Shown here: one piece after another, positions 1-8,874 of the stretch | Numbering within the stretch: the stretch's first letter is position 1 | Layout of the letters: each line of letters opens with the position of its first letter | From: an uncultured delta proteobacterium | GTDB taxonomy: Bacteria > Myxococcota > Myxococcia > Myxococcales > Myxococcaceae | Assembly: GCA_963776345.1 (NCBI GenBank) | Contig: CAVZMH010000019.1 | Location: forward strand, 32,001-96,000 | DNA: 64,000 bases | Reading direction: 5' to 3' | Program-made: the position numbers and the translations under genes | The notes under the pieces: generated by a model | What the model saw: only the letters and a program-made list of their open reading frames with translations | The model's database searches: none | Told to the model about the DNA's origin: nothing

Positions 1-248
1 CGTCCTGGGCGGGATGGAGCTGTTCGGGTTCAGTCATGGATCGTGTGTCGCCGTCGTGAACGGTGGGCCGGCCCTCGACCCACCATGCCGCGCTGCAGCG
101 CCTCCCTGCTGAGACCACCAGGTTCCGGCTGGATAGCAGCACGGTTTGGCTCGGTGCAACAAGGTGGAGGGGCCGCACCTACACGGCGGGCAATGGGGCT
201 TCCCCTGGTATTCTCGCGGGTTTCAGGGCTCCCTGCAGCCAGACCCTC

Positions 249-2252
249 GTGATCATCTCCTGCGCGCAGTGCCACACCCGCTTCAAGGTGCCCGACGGGA
301 AGGTCACCGCGCGTGGGCGCAAGGTCCGCTGCTCGCGGTGCGGACACACCTTCCGCATCTTCCCGGAGTCCGCATCCGATCGCGTGGGGGATGCGGCGCC
401 TGCCGCACCGCGTCCGAGCGTCCCTGACCCGTTCCAGGCGTTCGGTCCCGAGGGGACCTTGGACATGGAGAAGACGCCTGCGCGCGGGACGACGGTCTCG
501 GCCCTCCTCGCGCAGATGGCGCCGGCCCAGTCGGCAGAGGACTTCGACGTCGACGTCTCCGGGGAGCCGCCGGTCACCGAGCCCGCCTGGAACTTCCCCC
601 CGCCCCCCGCGCCTCCGGACCTCGCGTCCGGCGGGGCCGCGGTGGACCTCGAGGCCGAGCCGGCCCGCGCCCACGAGGTGCCTGGCCACGAGGTGTCCCA
701 CGAGGTGTCTGACACCTCCGTCGGAAACACCTCCCTGGACCAGGGCGGCCTCGGCACCCCGGACTGGCCGGACGACCTCGCCTCCCACGAGGCGGCTGAC
801 ACCTCCTTCGACACCTCTTTCGGAGACACCTCCTTCGGAGACACCTCCCTGGACCAGGGCGGCCTCGGCACCCCGGACTGGCCGGACGACCTCGCAGCGG
901 TGCCGCCGGATCCGGTCTCCGTGCCCCCGCCCGCCCCTCCGGAGGACCTCTCCTCGATGGCCGGGTTCACCCCGGCCTGGGGCGTTGCCGCGCCCGTCCG
1001 GGCGCTCTCGGTGGACGGCACGCTGGGGAGCCACGTGTCCAGCCTGGCGCCCGCCGCCGAGCCGGAGTCGCCACCGCCGGCACCGCAGTTCGGCGGAGCG
1101 GGCACCGTCCTGGACGACCTCCCCACGCTCGAGCCGGCGAGTCGTCCCCCGAGCGACCTGGAGCTGGATCCGGGCAACGACGCCCGCGACTGGACCGGCG
1201 CCGCTCCCGGTGGACACCTGGGGATGCAGCTCGAGCTCGAGCCCGACCTCGCGTCGCTCGAGCTGGACCGCCGCCCGCCCCCGGAGCCCCGGCCCGCGTC
1301 GCCTCCCGACCCTGCCTGGGCCCTCCCGGTCTCGGGTGGCTCGCCCGCGCCCGCGGCACCCGCCTCGTTTGGACTGGCCTGGGACGACCCGTTCGGCGAG
1401 CCCCTGCCTCCACCGCCTGCGCCGGCTTCCCCGCAGGAGCCGGCCATCGCCCTCTCGGCTGCGCCCGCCGCCCCGAACTCCGTGCTGCTCGACGAGGCTC
1501 CTGCGCCGCCCTCCGGCCAGCCGGACCACGGCTTCTTCGAGATGTCGGGGGCCTCGCCATCCTCCCGTCCCGAGCCGTCCGGCGCGCTGCTCCCCGACGT
1601 GCCCGAGGCCGAGGAGCCGTCGGCAGCACCCGGGTCCACGGGTCCAGGACGGCCGGCGCCGATGCCCGCCATCTCCAAGCCTCCGGGGCGGGCGCGGCTC
1701 GGACTTCAAGAACGCGAGCAGCTGGGAACCGCGCGCCGGGTGAGCGCGGTCATCCTCAACGTGGGCCTCGCCGCGCTCCTCCTCCTCGTGGTCCTCGGGC
1801 TCGCCTCGAGCTGGGTGACCGCCGGACGGGTGGACGGCTCCGCGCTCTCGCCCCGGCGGCTCCTCCAGGCGCTGCGTTCTGGCAGCGGCGTCACCCCGGT
1901 CGAGGTCACGCCCGGGACGTACGAGACCCGGTCGGGGCGCTCGCTGCTCTACGTGCGCGGCCGGGTGCTCAACCGCGGCGCTCCCTCGGCGCGCGTCCGC
2001 GTCCGGGTCGAGGTCTGGGACGGGGCCCAGGCGGTGAAGTCCGGCGAGACGCTGGCCGGGGCCATCGCCACGCCCGAGGAGCTGTGGCGCGCCGCGACCC
2101 CGGCCGACCTCGACGCACTGCGGGCACGGCTCGTCTCGGCGGCCACTCCGGTGGCCGACGGCCAGCAGGCGGACTTCCTGGTTCTGCTCGACGAGGCCCC
2201 GCCCGACCTCTCGGGTCTGCGGCTCCGGGTCACCGCCAGCGTCGAGCGCTGA
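249..2252 (+). CDS. Zinc-ribbon (MJ0042-type) protein with long acidic/Pro-rich linker, one TM helix and C-terminal DUF3426-like periplasmic domain
   Basis: GTG at 249 gives MIISCAQCHTRFKVPD...VRCSRCGHTF (two CxxC). Hydrophobic segment VILNVGLAALLLLVVLGLA near the C-terminus, followed by a beta-rich domain. Start chosen inside ORF 63..2252. Confidence 0.8.
   Translation: MIISCAQCHTRFKVPDGKVTARGRKVRCSRCGHTFRIFPESASDRVGDAAPAAPRPSVPDPFQAFGPEGTLDMEKTPARGTTVSALLAQMAPAQSAEDFDVDVSGEPPVTEPAWNFPPPPAPPDLASGGAAVDLEAEPARAHEVPGHEVSHEVSDTSVGNTSLDQGGLGTPDWPDDLASHEAADTSFDTSFGDTSFGDTSLDQGGLGTPDWPDDLAAVPPDPVSVPPPAPPEDLSSMAGFTPAWGVAAPVRALSVDGTLGSHVSSLAPAAEPESPPPAPQFGGAGTVLDDLPTLEPASRPPSDLELDPGNDARDWTGAAPGGHLGMQLELEPDLASLELDRRPPPEPRPASPPDPAWALPVSGGSPAPAAPASFGLAWDDPFGEPLPPPPAPASPQEPAIALSAAPAAPNSVLLDEAPAPPSGQPDHGFFEMSGASPSSRPEPSGALLPDVPEAEEPSAAPGSTGPGRPAPMPAISKPPGRARLGLQEREQLGTARRVSAVILNVGLAALLLLVVLGLASSWVTAGRVDGSALSPRRLLQALRSGSGVTPVEVTPGTYETRSGRSLLYVRGRVLNRGAPSARVRVRVEVWDGAQAVKSGETLAGAIATPEELWRAATPADLDALRARLVSAATPVADGQQADFLVLLDEAPPDLSGLRLRVTASVER
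702..718. repeat. 17-bp palindrome GAGGTGTCTGACACCTC, in frame (EVSDTS)
   Basis: Read directly. Degenerate half-copies (GAGGTG..., GACACCTC) occur across about 675-850. Confidence 0.9.
727..895 (+). repeat. 55-bp exact direct repeat (727-781 and 841-895), in frame, encoding TSLDQGGLGTPDWPDDLA twice
   Basis: ACACCTCCCTGGACCAGGGCGGCCTCGGCACCCCGGACTGGCCGGACGACCTCGC occurs twice, 114 bp apart. Confidence 0.9.
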
Positions 2253-2283
2253 CGCGGCGGTGGTGCGCCGCCCCCCCCCGAGT

Positions 2284-2505
2284 TCAGCCCTGGCCGGAGT
2301 CGCCGCCCTGCGCGCCGCGATCGCCTGGCGGCCGGAGCGCGCGCTCCGGCTTCACGTCGATGAAGCCCTGACCCTGGGACGCCTTCTTGAAGGAGTAGAT
2401 GAACTTCCCCAGCGCGTTGCCCAGCGACGCCATCCGCGAGGCGGAGAACACCACCAGCAGCACGAAGCCGATGACCAGCAGCTCTCCGAACCCGAGACGA
2501 GGCAT
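2284..2505 (-). CDS. tatA: Twin-arginine translocase TatA/TatE family subunit
   Basis: 73 aa: MPRLGFGELLVIGFVLLVVFSASRMASLGNALGKFIYSFKKA, a short TM plus amphipathic helix. The usual FG hinge reads FS. Confidence 0.75.
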   Translation of the reverse strand: MPRLGFGELLVIGFVLLVVFSASRMASLGNALGKFIYSFKKASQGQGFIDVKPERALRPPGDRGAQGGDSGQG

Positions 2506-2591
2506 GATCCGGGCCGGACCATCGCCTGCAGGGCCACGCGGTGCAAGCCGCTTGACCTCTCCGGGCTCCTGAACGGACGCTCGCCGGCGCC

Positions 2592-3314
2592 GTGCGCATC
2601 CTCGGTCACCGGGGCGCGAGCAGCGACGCGCCGGAGAACACGCTCGCCGCGTTCCAGCTCGCGCTGGCCCAGGGCGCCGACGGCGTGGAGCTGGACGCCC
2701 GGCTCTGCGGCTCCGGAGAGGTGGTGGTCTTCCACGACCAGCGGCTGGAGCGGCTCACCGACGCCACCGGCCGGGTGGCGGACACGCCCTGGTCGGCGCT
2801 GGCGCGGCTCGAGGTGCGCGCCGGTCCGCCGGGAGCCGCTCCCGGGCGAATCCCGCTGCTCGCCGAGGTGCTCGAGGCGCTCCCTCGCACCGCGTTCATC
2901 AACGTCGAGCTGAAGAGCGAGGACTGGACCGGGAGCGCCGTCGCCGGCGCCGCCGGAGCGCTGCTCGAGGCCGGCCGCCACCAGGACCACGTCGTCGTCT
3001 CGTCGTTCGACCTGCGCTGCCTCTTGCGGCTCGCGCTCGGCCACCCCGGGCTGCGCCGGGGTCTGCTGCTCGATCCGGACCGCCCGCAGCTCCTCCAGCG
3101 CACGGTGGCGCTTCACCTCCTCGGGCGGGACGCGGTCCATCCCCAGGCCACCCAGCTCACCGAGGCCGACGTGCGCCGCTGGCACGCCTGCGGCCGCGAG
3201 GTGGCGGTGTGGACGGTGGACGACCCGGATCTGGCCCGCCGGCTCAGCGCCTGGGGCGTGGACAGCTGCATCACCAACCGCCCGGGAGCGCTCCGGGCGG
3301 CGCTCGGCGGCTGA
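2592..3314 (+). CDS. Glycerophosphodiester phosphodiesterase (GDPD)
   Basis: Motifs GHRGAS..PENT, GADGVELD, HD, NVELK, WTVDD, ITNRP. Confidence 0.92.
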   Translation: MRILGHRGASSDAPENTLAAFQLALAQGADGVELDARLCGSGEVVVFHDQRLERLTDATGRVADTPWSALARLEVRAGPPGAAPGRIPLLAEVLEALPRTAFINVELKSEDWTGSAVAGAAGALLEAGRHQDHVVVSSFDLRCLLRLALGHPGLRRGLLLDPDRPQLLQRTVALHLLGRDAVHPQATQLTEADVRRWHACGREVAVWTVDDPDLARRLSAWGVDSCITNRPGALRAALGG

Positions 3315-3386
3315 GCCCGATCGACGCCGGCGCGCCCCTGCGCCGGCCCCGCAGGCGTCCCCCTGGTGCGGGGGTGAGCACGATCG

Positions 3387-6300
3387 CTACGGCCGGGCCG
3401 CCGTCTCGCCCTGGTTCCTGGCCAGCGCCTGCGCCACGGCGGCGGGACGCCGGCGGATGATCAGCACCTTGCGCGAGGCGAAGTCCTGCGTCTGGCGCGC
3501 CACCACCATCACCGAGTTCGCGCCCTCCTTCAGCGAGAAGTCGGCGCTGAACTTCAGCTTGGTGGGCTCGTTCTTCGGGCTGTCCGAGGTCCGGAAGAAG
3601 ACCTTCTGGTCGTTGACCAGCACGTACATGTCCAGGAGACCCTTGGGCTCGCTGACCGTGCCGGAGAGGGTGAAGCGGTCGGAGGGCGCCACCACCCCGC
3701 CCTGGGTCTGGTCGACCTGGAGGGCGATCTGCGGCGGCTCGCGGTACGGGACCGCGGTGAGCTCGGGCGGCGCGGCCTTCGCGTTGCGCGTGTCGTGCGC
3801 GTCGGCGGCGCGCACGAAGCCGAAGCGGCCCTTCTCGGTCTCGACCTTGGTCAGGCCGTTGACCCGGGCGAGGACCGGGACCACCCCGGCCTTCTTCACC
3901 TTGGCCATCACCGGGGCCCGTTCATCCGGACCGGCGAGCACCGGCGCGCCGGCCTCCAGCCGCACGGAGCCCTTCCGCGCCTCGACGGTGTAGGGCCTGT
4001 CGGACAGAGGGAGGTTCAGGCGCTCGGTCGCGAACTCCTCCAGCGGCTCGTCGACCACCGCCAGCTTCAGGGGGAAGGTGTCGCCCACGTAGCCCTTCTT
4101 CACCTCGAGCTGGAAGCGCGCGGTCTTGGTCTCTCCGGGCGCGAGCTCGCCGAGGTGGAAGCGGCCCTTCTCGATGAAGACGTTCTGGTCGGCGGCGTTC
4201 TTGATCGAGCCGACCGTGTCCAGCGCCTTCCCCGGCCCCTGGTTGGTCACGTCCACCAGCAGGGTCACCGTCTCGCCTCGCTGGGCCACGCCGTCGCCGT
4301 TGCACTGCGCGCAGTCGTCCACCACCTGCCAGTCGAGCGCGAAGGCCGGGCGGGCCAGCTCGCCGAAGTTCACCTCGGCCACCAGCTGCTGCGGCAGCGC
4401 ACCCTGATCGTCGAAGAACTTCACCGTCACGTCGTCGCGGCGGCTGTAGAGGTCCTTGGGCAGCTTCACCGGCGCCTTCCAGGTGCGCTTCTCGCCCGGC
4501 TTGAGGGTGCCGAAGAGGAACTCGCGATGGTCGAGCATCGGGTCCTCGCTCTCGGTCCAGGCCCGGATGCGCGAGAGCGGCTCGGAGCCCTTGTTCTCCA
4601 CCGTGACCTCGAGGTCGAACGCGTCACCGGGGTTGAGCCGCTTCTCGGGGCCCGGGCGGAGCGTGGCCTGGAGGTGCGGCGCCTTCGGGGTGGGCCCCGG
4701 GGTCCAGTCCACGCCCAGCGCGGCGATGGCGGTGTTGATCCGCTCGGTCTCCTGCTGGCCGCGCTCCTGGAGGAATCCCTTCCCGGCCTGCAGCATCCGG
4801 TCGCGCTGAACGAACGGCTCCTTGAGCACGAAGTCGCGGGCGAAGAGGACCTCGAAGTCCTCCTTCACCTCGTCCTGGGCCTCGGCGTCGAGCTGGTCGT
4901 AGAGGTCCTCGTCCAGCTTGTTGGGGTCGGTGTCCAGGAGCGGGTGGGCGTCCTTCTTCTTGCCCGGCTCGGGCCTGGCGCCTTTGTCCTTCTCGCTGCG
5001 GGAGAGCTTGGGGTCCTTGCCCTCCTCCGCCTTCTGCTGGCGGGCCGCGGCGTCCTTTTGCTTCGCGTCCTCCTTCAGGTAGCGCATGCTGACGAAGGGC
5101 TTCTCCTTGCCCAGGACCTCCTCGCGCTTGGTGGCCGCGGCCTGGCTGCTGGAGTTGCCGAAGTGGTGCTCGAGGTCCGCCTCGCCCAGCGTCTTCCTAG
5201 GGGCGAAGACGTTCACCCGGTCGGCGGTGACGCGGGTGGGGACGAGCTCGATGTCCGGCTCGATGCCCACCTCCTGGATGCTGACGTCGCCCGGGGTGAG
5301 GTACTTGGCGATGGTGAGCTTGAGCGCGCTCTCGTCGTTGGGGTTCCCGGTGGGCGAGCCGAACTCGTAGAGCACCTGCACCGAGCCCTTGCCGAAGGTC
5401 TGCTGGCCGATGATCACCGCGCGGTTCAGGTTCTTCAGCGCGCCGGCGACGATCTCCGAGGCCGAGGCGCTGCCGGGGTTCACCAGCACCGCCAGCGGAT
5501 ACTTGTTGTCGCCGTCGTCGGCGTGGGCGCGCTTCTCCTCGCGCTGCCGCTCGCTCAGCGAGACGGTGGTGACGATGGTCCCCTGGCTGAGGAAGAGGTC
5601 CGAGACCTGGATCGCCTGCTCCAGCAGCCCCCCGGGGTTGCCGCGGAGGTCGAGCACCACGCCCTTCAGCCCGCCGGTGGCCTCGGCGTCGCTCGCCAGC
5701 TTGCCCAGCGCGGCCTGCATGTCGCGGGTGGTGTTGCCCTGGAAGTTCTTGAGCCGGATGTAGCCCACGTTCCCGGCGAGCAGCTTGGACTGCACCGACT
5801 CGATGGAGATGGTGGCCCGGGCCAGGGTCAGCACCATCGGCCGGTCCATGCTCTTGCGCTCGACGGTGATGGTGACCCGGCTGTCCACCGGGCCGCGCAG
5901 CTTGGACACGGCCTCGTTGAGGTCCATGTTGACCGTGGACTCCTCGCCGATCTTCTTGATCTGGTCGTCCTTCTTGATGCCGGCGCGCGAGGCGGGTGTC
6001 TTGGGGAGCACCCGCACCACGGTGAGGTTGCTCTCCTTCATCTGGATGACGAAGCCGAGGCCGCCGAACTCACCCTTGGTGGTGAGCCGCATCTCCCGGT
6101 AGTACTCGGGCTTGAGCAGCACCGAGTGCGGGTCCAGCGTGGAGAGCATGCCGTTGACCGCCGCGTACTCCACGTCGCGGGTGTCCTCGCTGGGCCGGAG
6201 GTTGTTCCCGATGAACTCGAAGACGTCCTTCATCTGGAAGGACATCTTCCAGAGCGAATCGACGTGGCTGATGTCGAAGTCGCGGGTCTTCCCGTTGACG

Positions 6301-6650
6301 TTGAGGTGGAGCGCCTGGCGCTCCTTGTCCGCCTCGACCATCACGTCCGGGACGGTACGCTCCACCTGCTCCAGCGCGGCGACCATCATCTCGCGCGGGT
6401 TGATGCGCTTGGGGTCGACGTACGCGTCCTTCACGTAGATCACGACCTTGTTGAAGATCTTGAGCGCCGACAGGTCGTGCGGCGGGCGATCTCCGTTGCG
6501 GAGGACGTCGGAGGAGCCCTCGCCGCGAGCGGCGGGACCGGCGACGGCCTCGCCGACGGTGAAGGGGAGCGGCGCGTGGTCACGCGCGAGGAGGGCCCAG
6601 GCCCCGAGAAGAGCGAGGACCAGGAGAGAACGGCGCATCAATCGGGGCAT
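3387..6650 (-). CDS. Large C-terminal processing serine peptidase (S41, PDZ) with C-terminal Ig-like extensions
   Basis: Signal peptide; LDPHS; PDZ GEFGGLG; DLRGNPGG; SASASEIVAG; QTFGKGSVQ. 1087 aa. Confidence 0.9.
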   Translation of the reverse strand: MPRLMRRSLLVLALLGAWALLARDHAPLPFTVGEAVAGPAARGEGSSDVLRNGDRPPHDLSALKIFNKVVIYVKDAYVDPKRINPREMMVAALEQVERTVPDVMVEADKERQALHLNVNGKTRDFDISHVDSLWKMSFQMKDVFEFIGNNLRPSEDTRDVEYAAVNGMLSTLDPHSVLLKPEYYREMRLTTKGEFGGLGFVIQMKESNLTVVRVLPKTPASRAGIKKDDQIKKIGEESTVNMDLNEAVSKLRGPVDSRVTITVERKSMDRPMVLTLARATISIESVQSKLLAGNVGYIRLKNFQGNTTRDMQAALGKLASDAEATGGLKGVVLDLRGNPGGLLEQAIQVSDLFLSQGTIVTTVSLSERQREEKRAHADDGDNKYPLAVLVNPGSASASEIVAGALKNLNRAVIIGQQTFGKGSVQVLYEFGSPTGNPNDESALKLTIAKYLTPGDVSIQEVGIEPDIELVPTRVTADRVNVFAPRKTLGEADLEHHFGNSSSQAAATKREEVLGKEKPFVSMRYLKEDAKQKDAAARQQKAEEGKDPKLSRSEKDKGARPEPGKKKDAHPLLDTDPNKLDEDLYDQLDAEAQDEVKEDFEVLFARDFVLKEPFVQRDRMLQAGKGFLQERGQQETERINTAIAALGVDWTPGPTPKAPHLQATLRPGPEKRLNPGDAFDLEVTVENKGSEPLSRIRAWTESEDPMLDHREFLFGTLKPGEKRTWKAPVKLPKDLYSRRDDVTVKFFDDQGALPQQLVAEVNFGELARPAFALDWQVVDDCAQCNGDGVAQRGETVTLLVDVTNQGPGKALDTVGSIKNAADQNVFIEKGRFHLGELAPGETKTARFQLEVKKGYVGDTFPLKLAVVDEPLEEFATERLNLPLSDRPYTVEARKGSVRLEAGAPVLAGPDERAPVMAKVKKAGVVPVLARVNGLTKVETEKGRFGFVRAADAHDTRNAKAAPPELTAVPYREPPQIALQVDQTQGGVVAPSDRFTLSGTVSEPKGLLDMYVLVNDQKVFFRTSDSPKNEPTKLKFSADFSLKEGANSVMVVARQTQDFASRKVLIIRRRPAAVAQALARNQGETAARP

Positions 6651-6687
6651 GGGGAGTGATCGACTCTAACCACCGGGTATGGGGCCT

Positions 6688-7458
6688 TCAAGACAGGGTC
6701 CCGGCGGAAACCAGCGAACGGTGCAGGAGAGTCCCGGCGACGACGGCGACCGGCACCAGGAACAGGTTCAGGAGCGGGACCCACAGGAGCACGGTGACCG
6801 ACAGCCCGAAGCCCAGGGCGAGCCCGGTGCGCCGGCCAAGCACCCGCCGCACCTCGGCAAAGGAGCCTCCGCGCCGGGCCACCGGTGGGTCGAGGTACTC
6901 GGCGCAGGCGAAGAGCGCGGTCAAGCCCACCCCGGCCCCCGCCCAGAGCGGCGCGGCGGCCGGCAGGAGCAGCTGGAGGGCCAGGAGCAGCGCCTGACCC
7001 ACGAGGAGGACCAGCACCCGGGCGGTGGTCCGCGCCAGGGCGGAGGCTGCCAGGCGCGCGGCGCGGCCGAGGCCGACCGGGGGGGCGGGCGGTGCGCCCA
7101 CCGCCGACTCGGTGGCCTCCACCAGGAAGTCCTCGAGCGGTGCCAGCGCGAGCAGGGGAAGGGTCGCCGCGCCCACCAGCCAGGCGAGTGCGCCGCCGAC
7201 GACGAGCGTGAGCTGCCAGAGCCATCCCGCGGCGCCCTCCGGATGCGGCCAAACCCGCGCGAGCACCTCGGGGAGCCAGGTCCAGAGCGCCCAGCCCCAG
7301 AGCCCGAAGACCAGGAGGGTGATGGCCGCGCACAGCGCCGCGAGCCGCCTCAGGCGGGGGACGCGGAGCACCAGCTGCGCCGCCCGGACCGGGAAGGTCG
7401 CTCCCCGGAATGGGTCGAGTGGACCACTGTCGCGCGGCAGCTCGGGGGTGTCTTCCAT
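6688..7458 (-). CDS. EI24/CysZ-like membrane protein
   Basis: ATG at 7458 (MEDTPELP). Several TM helices with EYLDPP..RRG.SF and VPLLNLFLVPVAVVAGT motifs. Confidence 0.7.
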   Translation of the reverse strand: MEDTPELPRDSGPLDPFRGATFPVRAAQLVLRVPRLRRLAALCAAITLLVFGLWGWALWTWLPEVLARVWPHPEGAAGWLWQLTLVVGGALAWLVGAATLPLLALAPLEDFLVEATESAVGAPPAPPVGLGRAARLAASALARTTARVLVLLVGQALLLALQLLLPAAAPLWAGAGVGLTALFACAEYLDPPVARRGGSFAEVRRVLGRRTGLALGFGLSVTVLLWVPLLNLFLVPVAVVAGTLLHRSLVSAGTLS

Positions 7459-7507
7459 GGAAGGGAGCGGGCATGGCCCACGCCCCCTGTTATATGCGCG
7501 GCCCTGC

Positions 7508-8857
7508 ATGTCGCTCGACCGCGCTCCGACCGAAGACGAGGTCGTCACCTCCGCCGACGCGCTGATCGACGTCTTCCGGTCGGCCGAGCGACCGCGCGCC
7601 GAGCAACGCGTGGGGCTGGAGCACGAGAAGTTCCTGTATCCGGTGGAGGACCCGCCCGCGCCGGTACCGTACGAGGGTCCGCGCGGCATCGGGGCGCTGC
7701 TCGAGCTGCTCGAGGCGCGGGGCTACACACCCTTCCGGGACGCTCCGGACGCGCCGTCCATTGCGTTGACCCGGGACGACCACACGCTGTCGCTCGAGCC
7801 GGGCGGGCAGTTCGAGCTGTCGGGCACGCCGGCGCGGACCGCGCGTGCGGTGCACGCCGAGAACCTGGCCCACGCGCGGATGCTGACCGAGGCCGCGGCG
7901 ACGCTCGGCCTGGTGCCGGTGACGCTCGGGTACCGGCCCTGGGGCACCACGGCGGACATGCCGTGGATGCCCAAGAAGCGCTACCAGATGATGCGGCAGA
8001 CGCTGCCCGTCCGCGGGAAGCTGGCGCTGGACATGATGCTGATGACCTGCACCGGGCAGGTCTCGCTCGACTGGGTGTCCGAGGCGGACTGCGCGCGGAA
8101 GCTGACCGCGACCGCGCGCCTCACGCCGATCCTGGTCGCACTGTTCGCCAACAGCCCGCTGGTGCAGGGCCAGTCGAGCGGCTGGATGAGCTACCGGAGC
8201 CACGTGTGGAGCGACGTCGACTCGACGCGCTGCGGGTACTTCCCCCGGATGCTGGACGGGACGTTCGACTATCGCGCCTACGTCGACTGGGCGATGCAGG
8301 CGCCGCTGCTGTTCATCCGGCGGAACGGCGGCTACGCGACGCCGTCGCTGACCTTCGGCCAGCTGCTGGAGCGCGGGTTCGAGGGGCAGCCGGCGCGCCG
8401 CTCGGACTGGACGGACCACCTGTCGACCCTCTTCCCCGAGGTGCGCATCAAGCGGGTGATGGAGGTGCGGGGGGCCGACTCGGTCTCGCTGGAGATGACC
8501 GCGGGCCTCCCGGCGCTGTGGCGTGGGCTGCTCTACGACGACGCCTCGCTGGACGCGGCGCTGGGGCTGGTGCCGCGGCTGTCGTTCGCCGAGCACCTGA
8601 CGTTCCACGAGGAGGGCCAGCGGCACGGGCTGCGCGGGAAGCTCCGCCGGACCTCGCTGGCGTCCATGGCGCTGGAGATGATCCGCCTGGCGCGCGCGGG
8701 GCTTCAGCACCTCGACCCCGAGGACGTGCCGCTGCTGGAGCCGCTCGAGGCGCGGGCGAGGTCGGGGCGCTCTCCGGCGGAGGACGTGCTCGACGCCGCG
8801 AAGCAGGAGAGCTCACCGGCGCGGCTGCTCGCGCGCTTCGCGCTGCTCCCCCGCTGA
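7508..8857 (+). CDS. gshA: Glutamate--cysteine ligase (GCS2 family)
   Basis: ATG at 7508. Motifs VGLEHEKF, SLEPGGQFELSG, MPKKRY, QVSLD, ALFANSP, HLSTLFPEVRIK, MEVRGAD. Confidence 0.88.
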   Translation: MSLDRAPTEDEVVTSADALIDVFRSAERPRAEQRVGLEHEKFLYPVEDPPAPVPYEGPRGIGALLELLEARGYTPFRDAPDAPSIALTRDDHTLSLEPGGQFELSGTPARTARAVHAENLAHARMLTEAAATLGLVPVTLGYRPWGTTADMPWMPKKRYQMMRQTLPVRGKLALDMMLMTCTGQVSLDWVSEADCARKLTATARLTPILVALFANSPLVQGQSSGWMSYRSHVWSDVDSTRCGYFPRMLDGTFDYRAYVDWAMQAPLLFIRRNGGYATPSLTFGQLLERGFEGQPARRSDWTDHLSTLFPEVRIKRVMEVRGADSVSLEMTAGLPALWRGLLYDDASLDAALGLVPRLSFAEHLTFHEEGQRHGLRGKLRRTSLASMALEMIRLARAGLQHLDPEDVPLLEPLEARARSGRSPAEDVLDAAKQESSPARLLARFALLPR

Positions 8858-8874
8858 GGCCCCGAGCGCCCGGT

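Noticed and set aside
672..895. Repeats resembling a mini CRISPR array
   Set aside because: No regular repeat-spacer period, in frame within a CDS, and no cas genes in the window.
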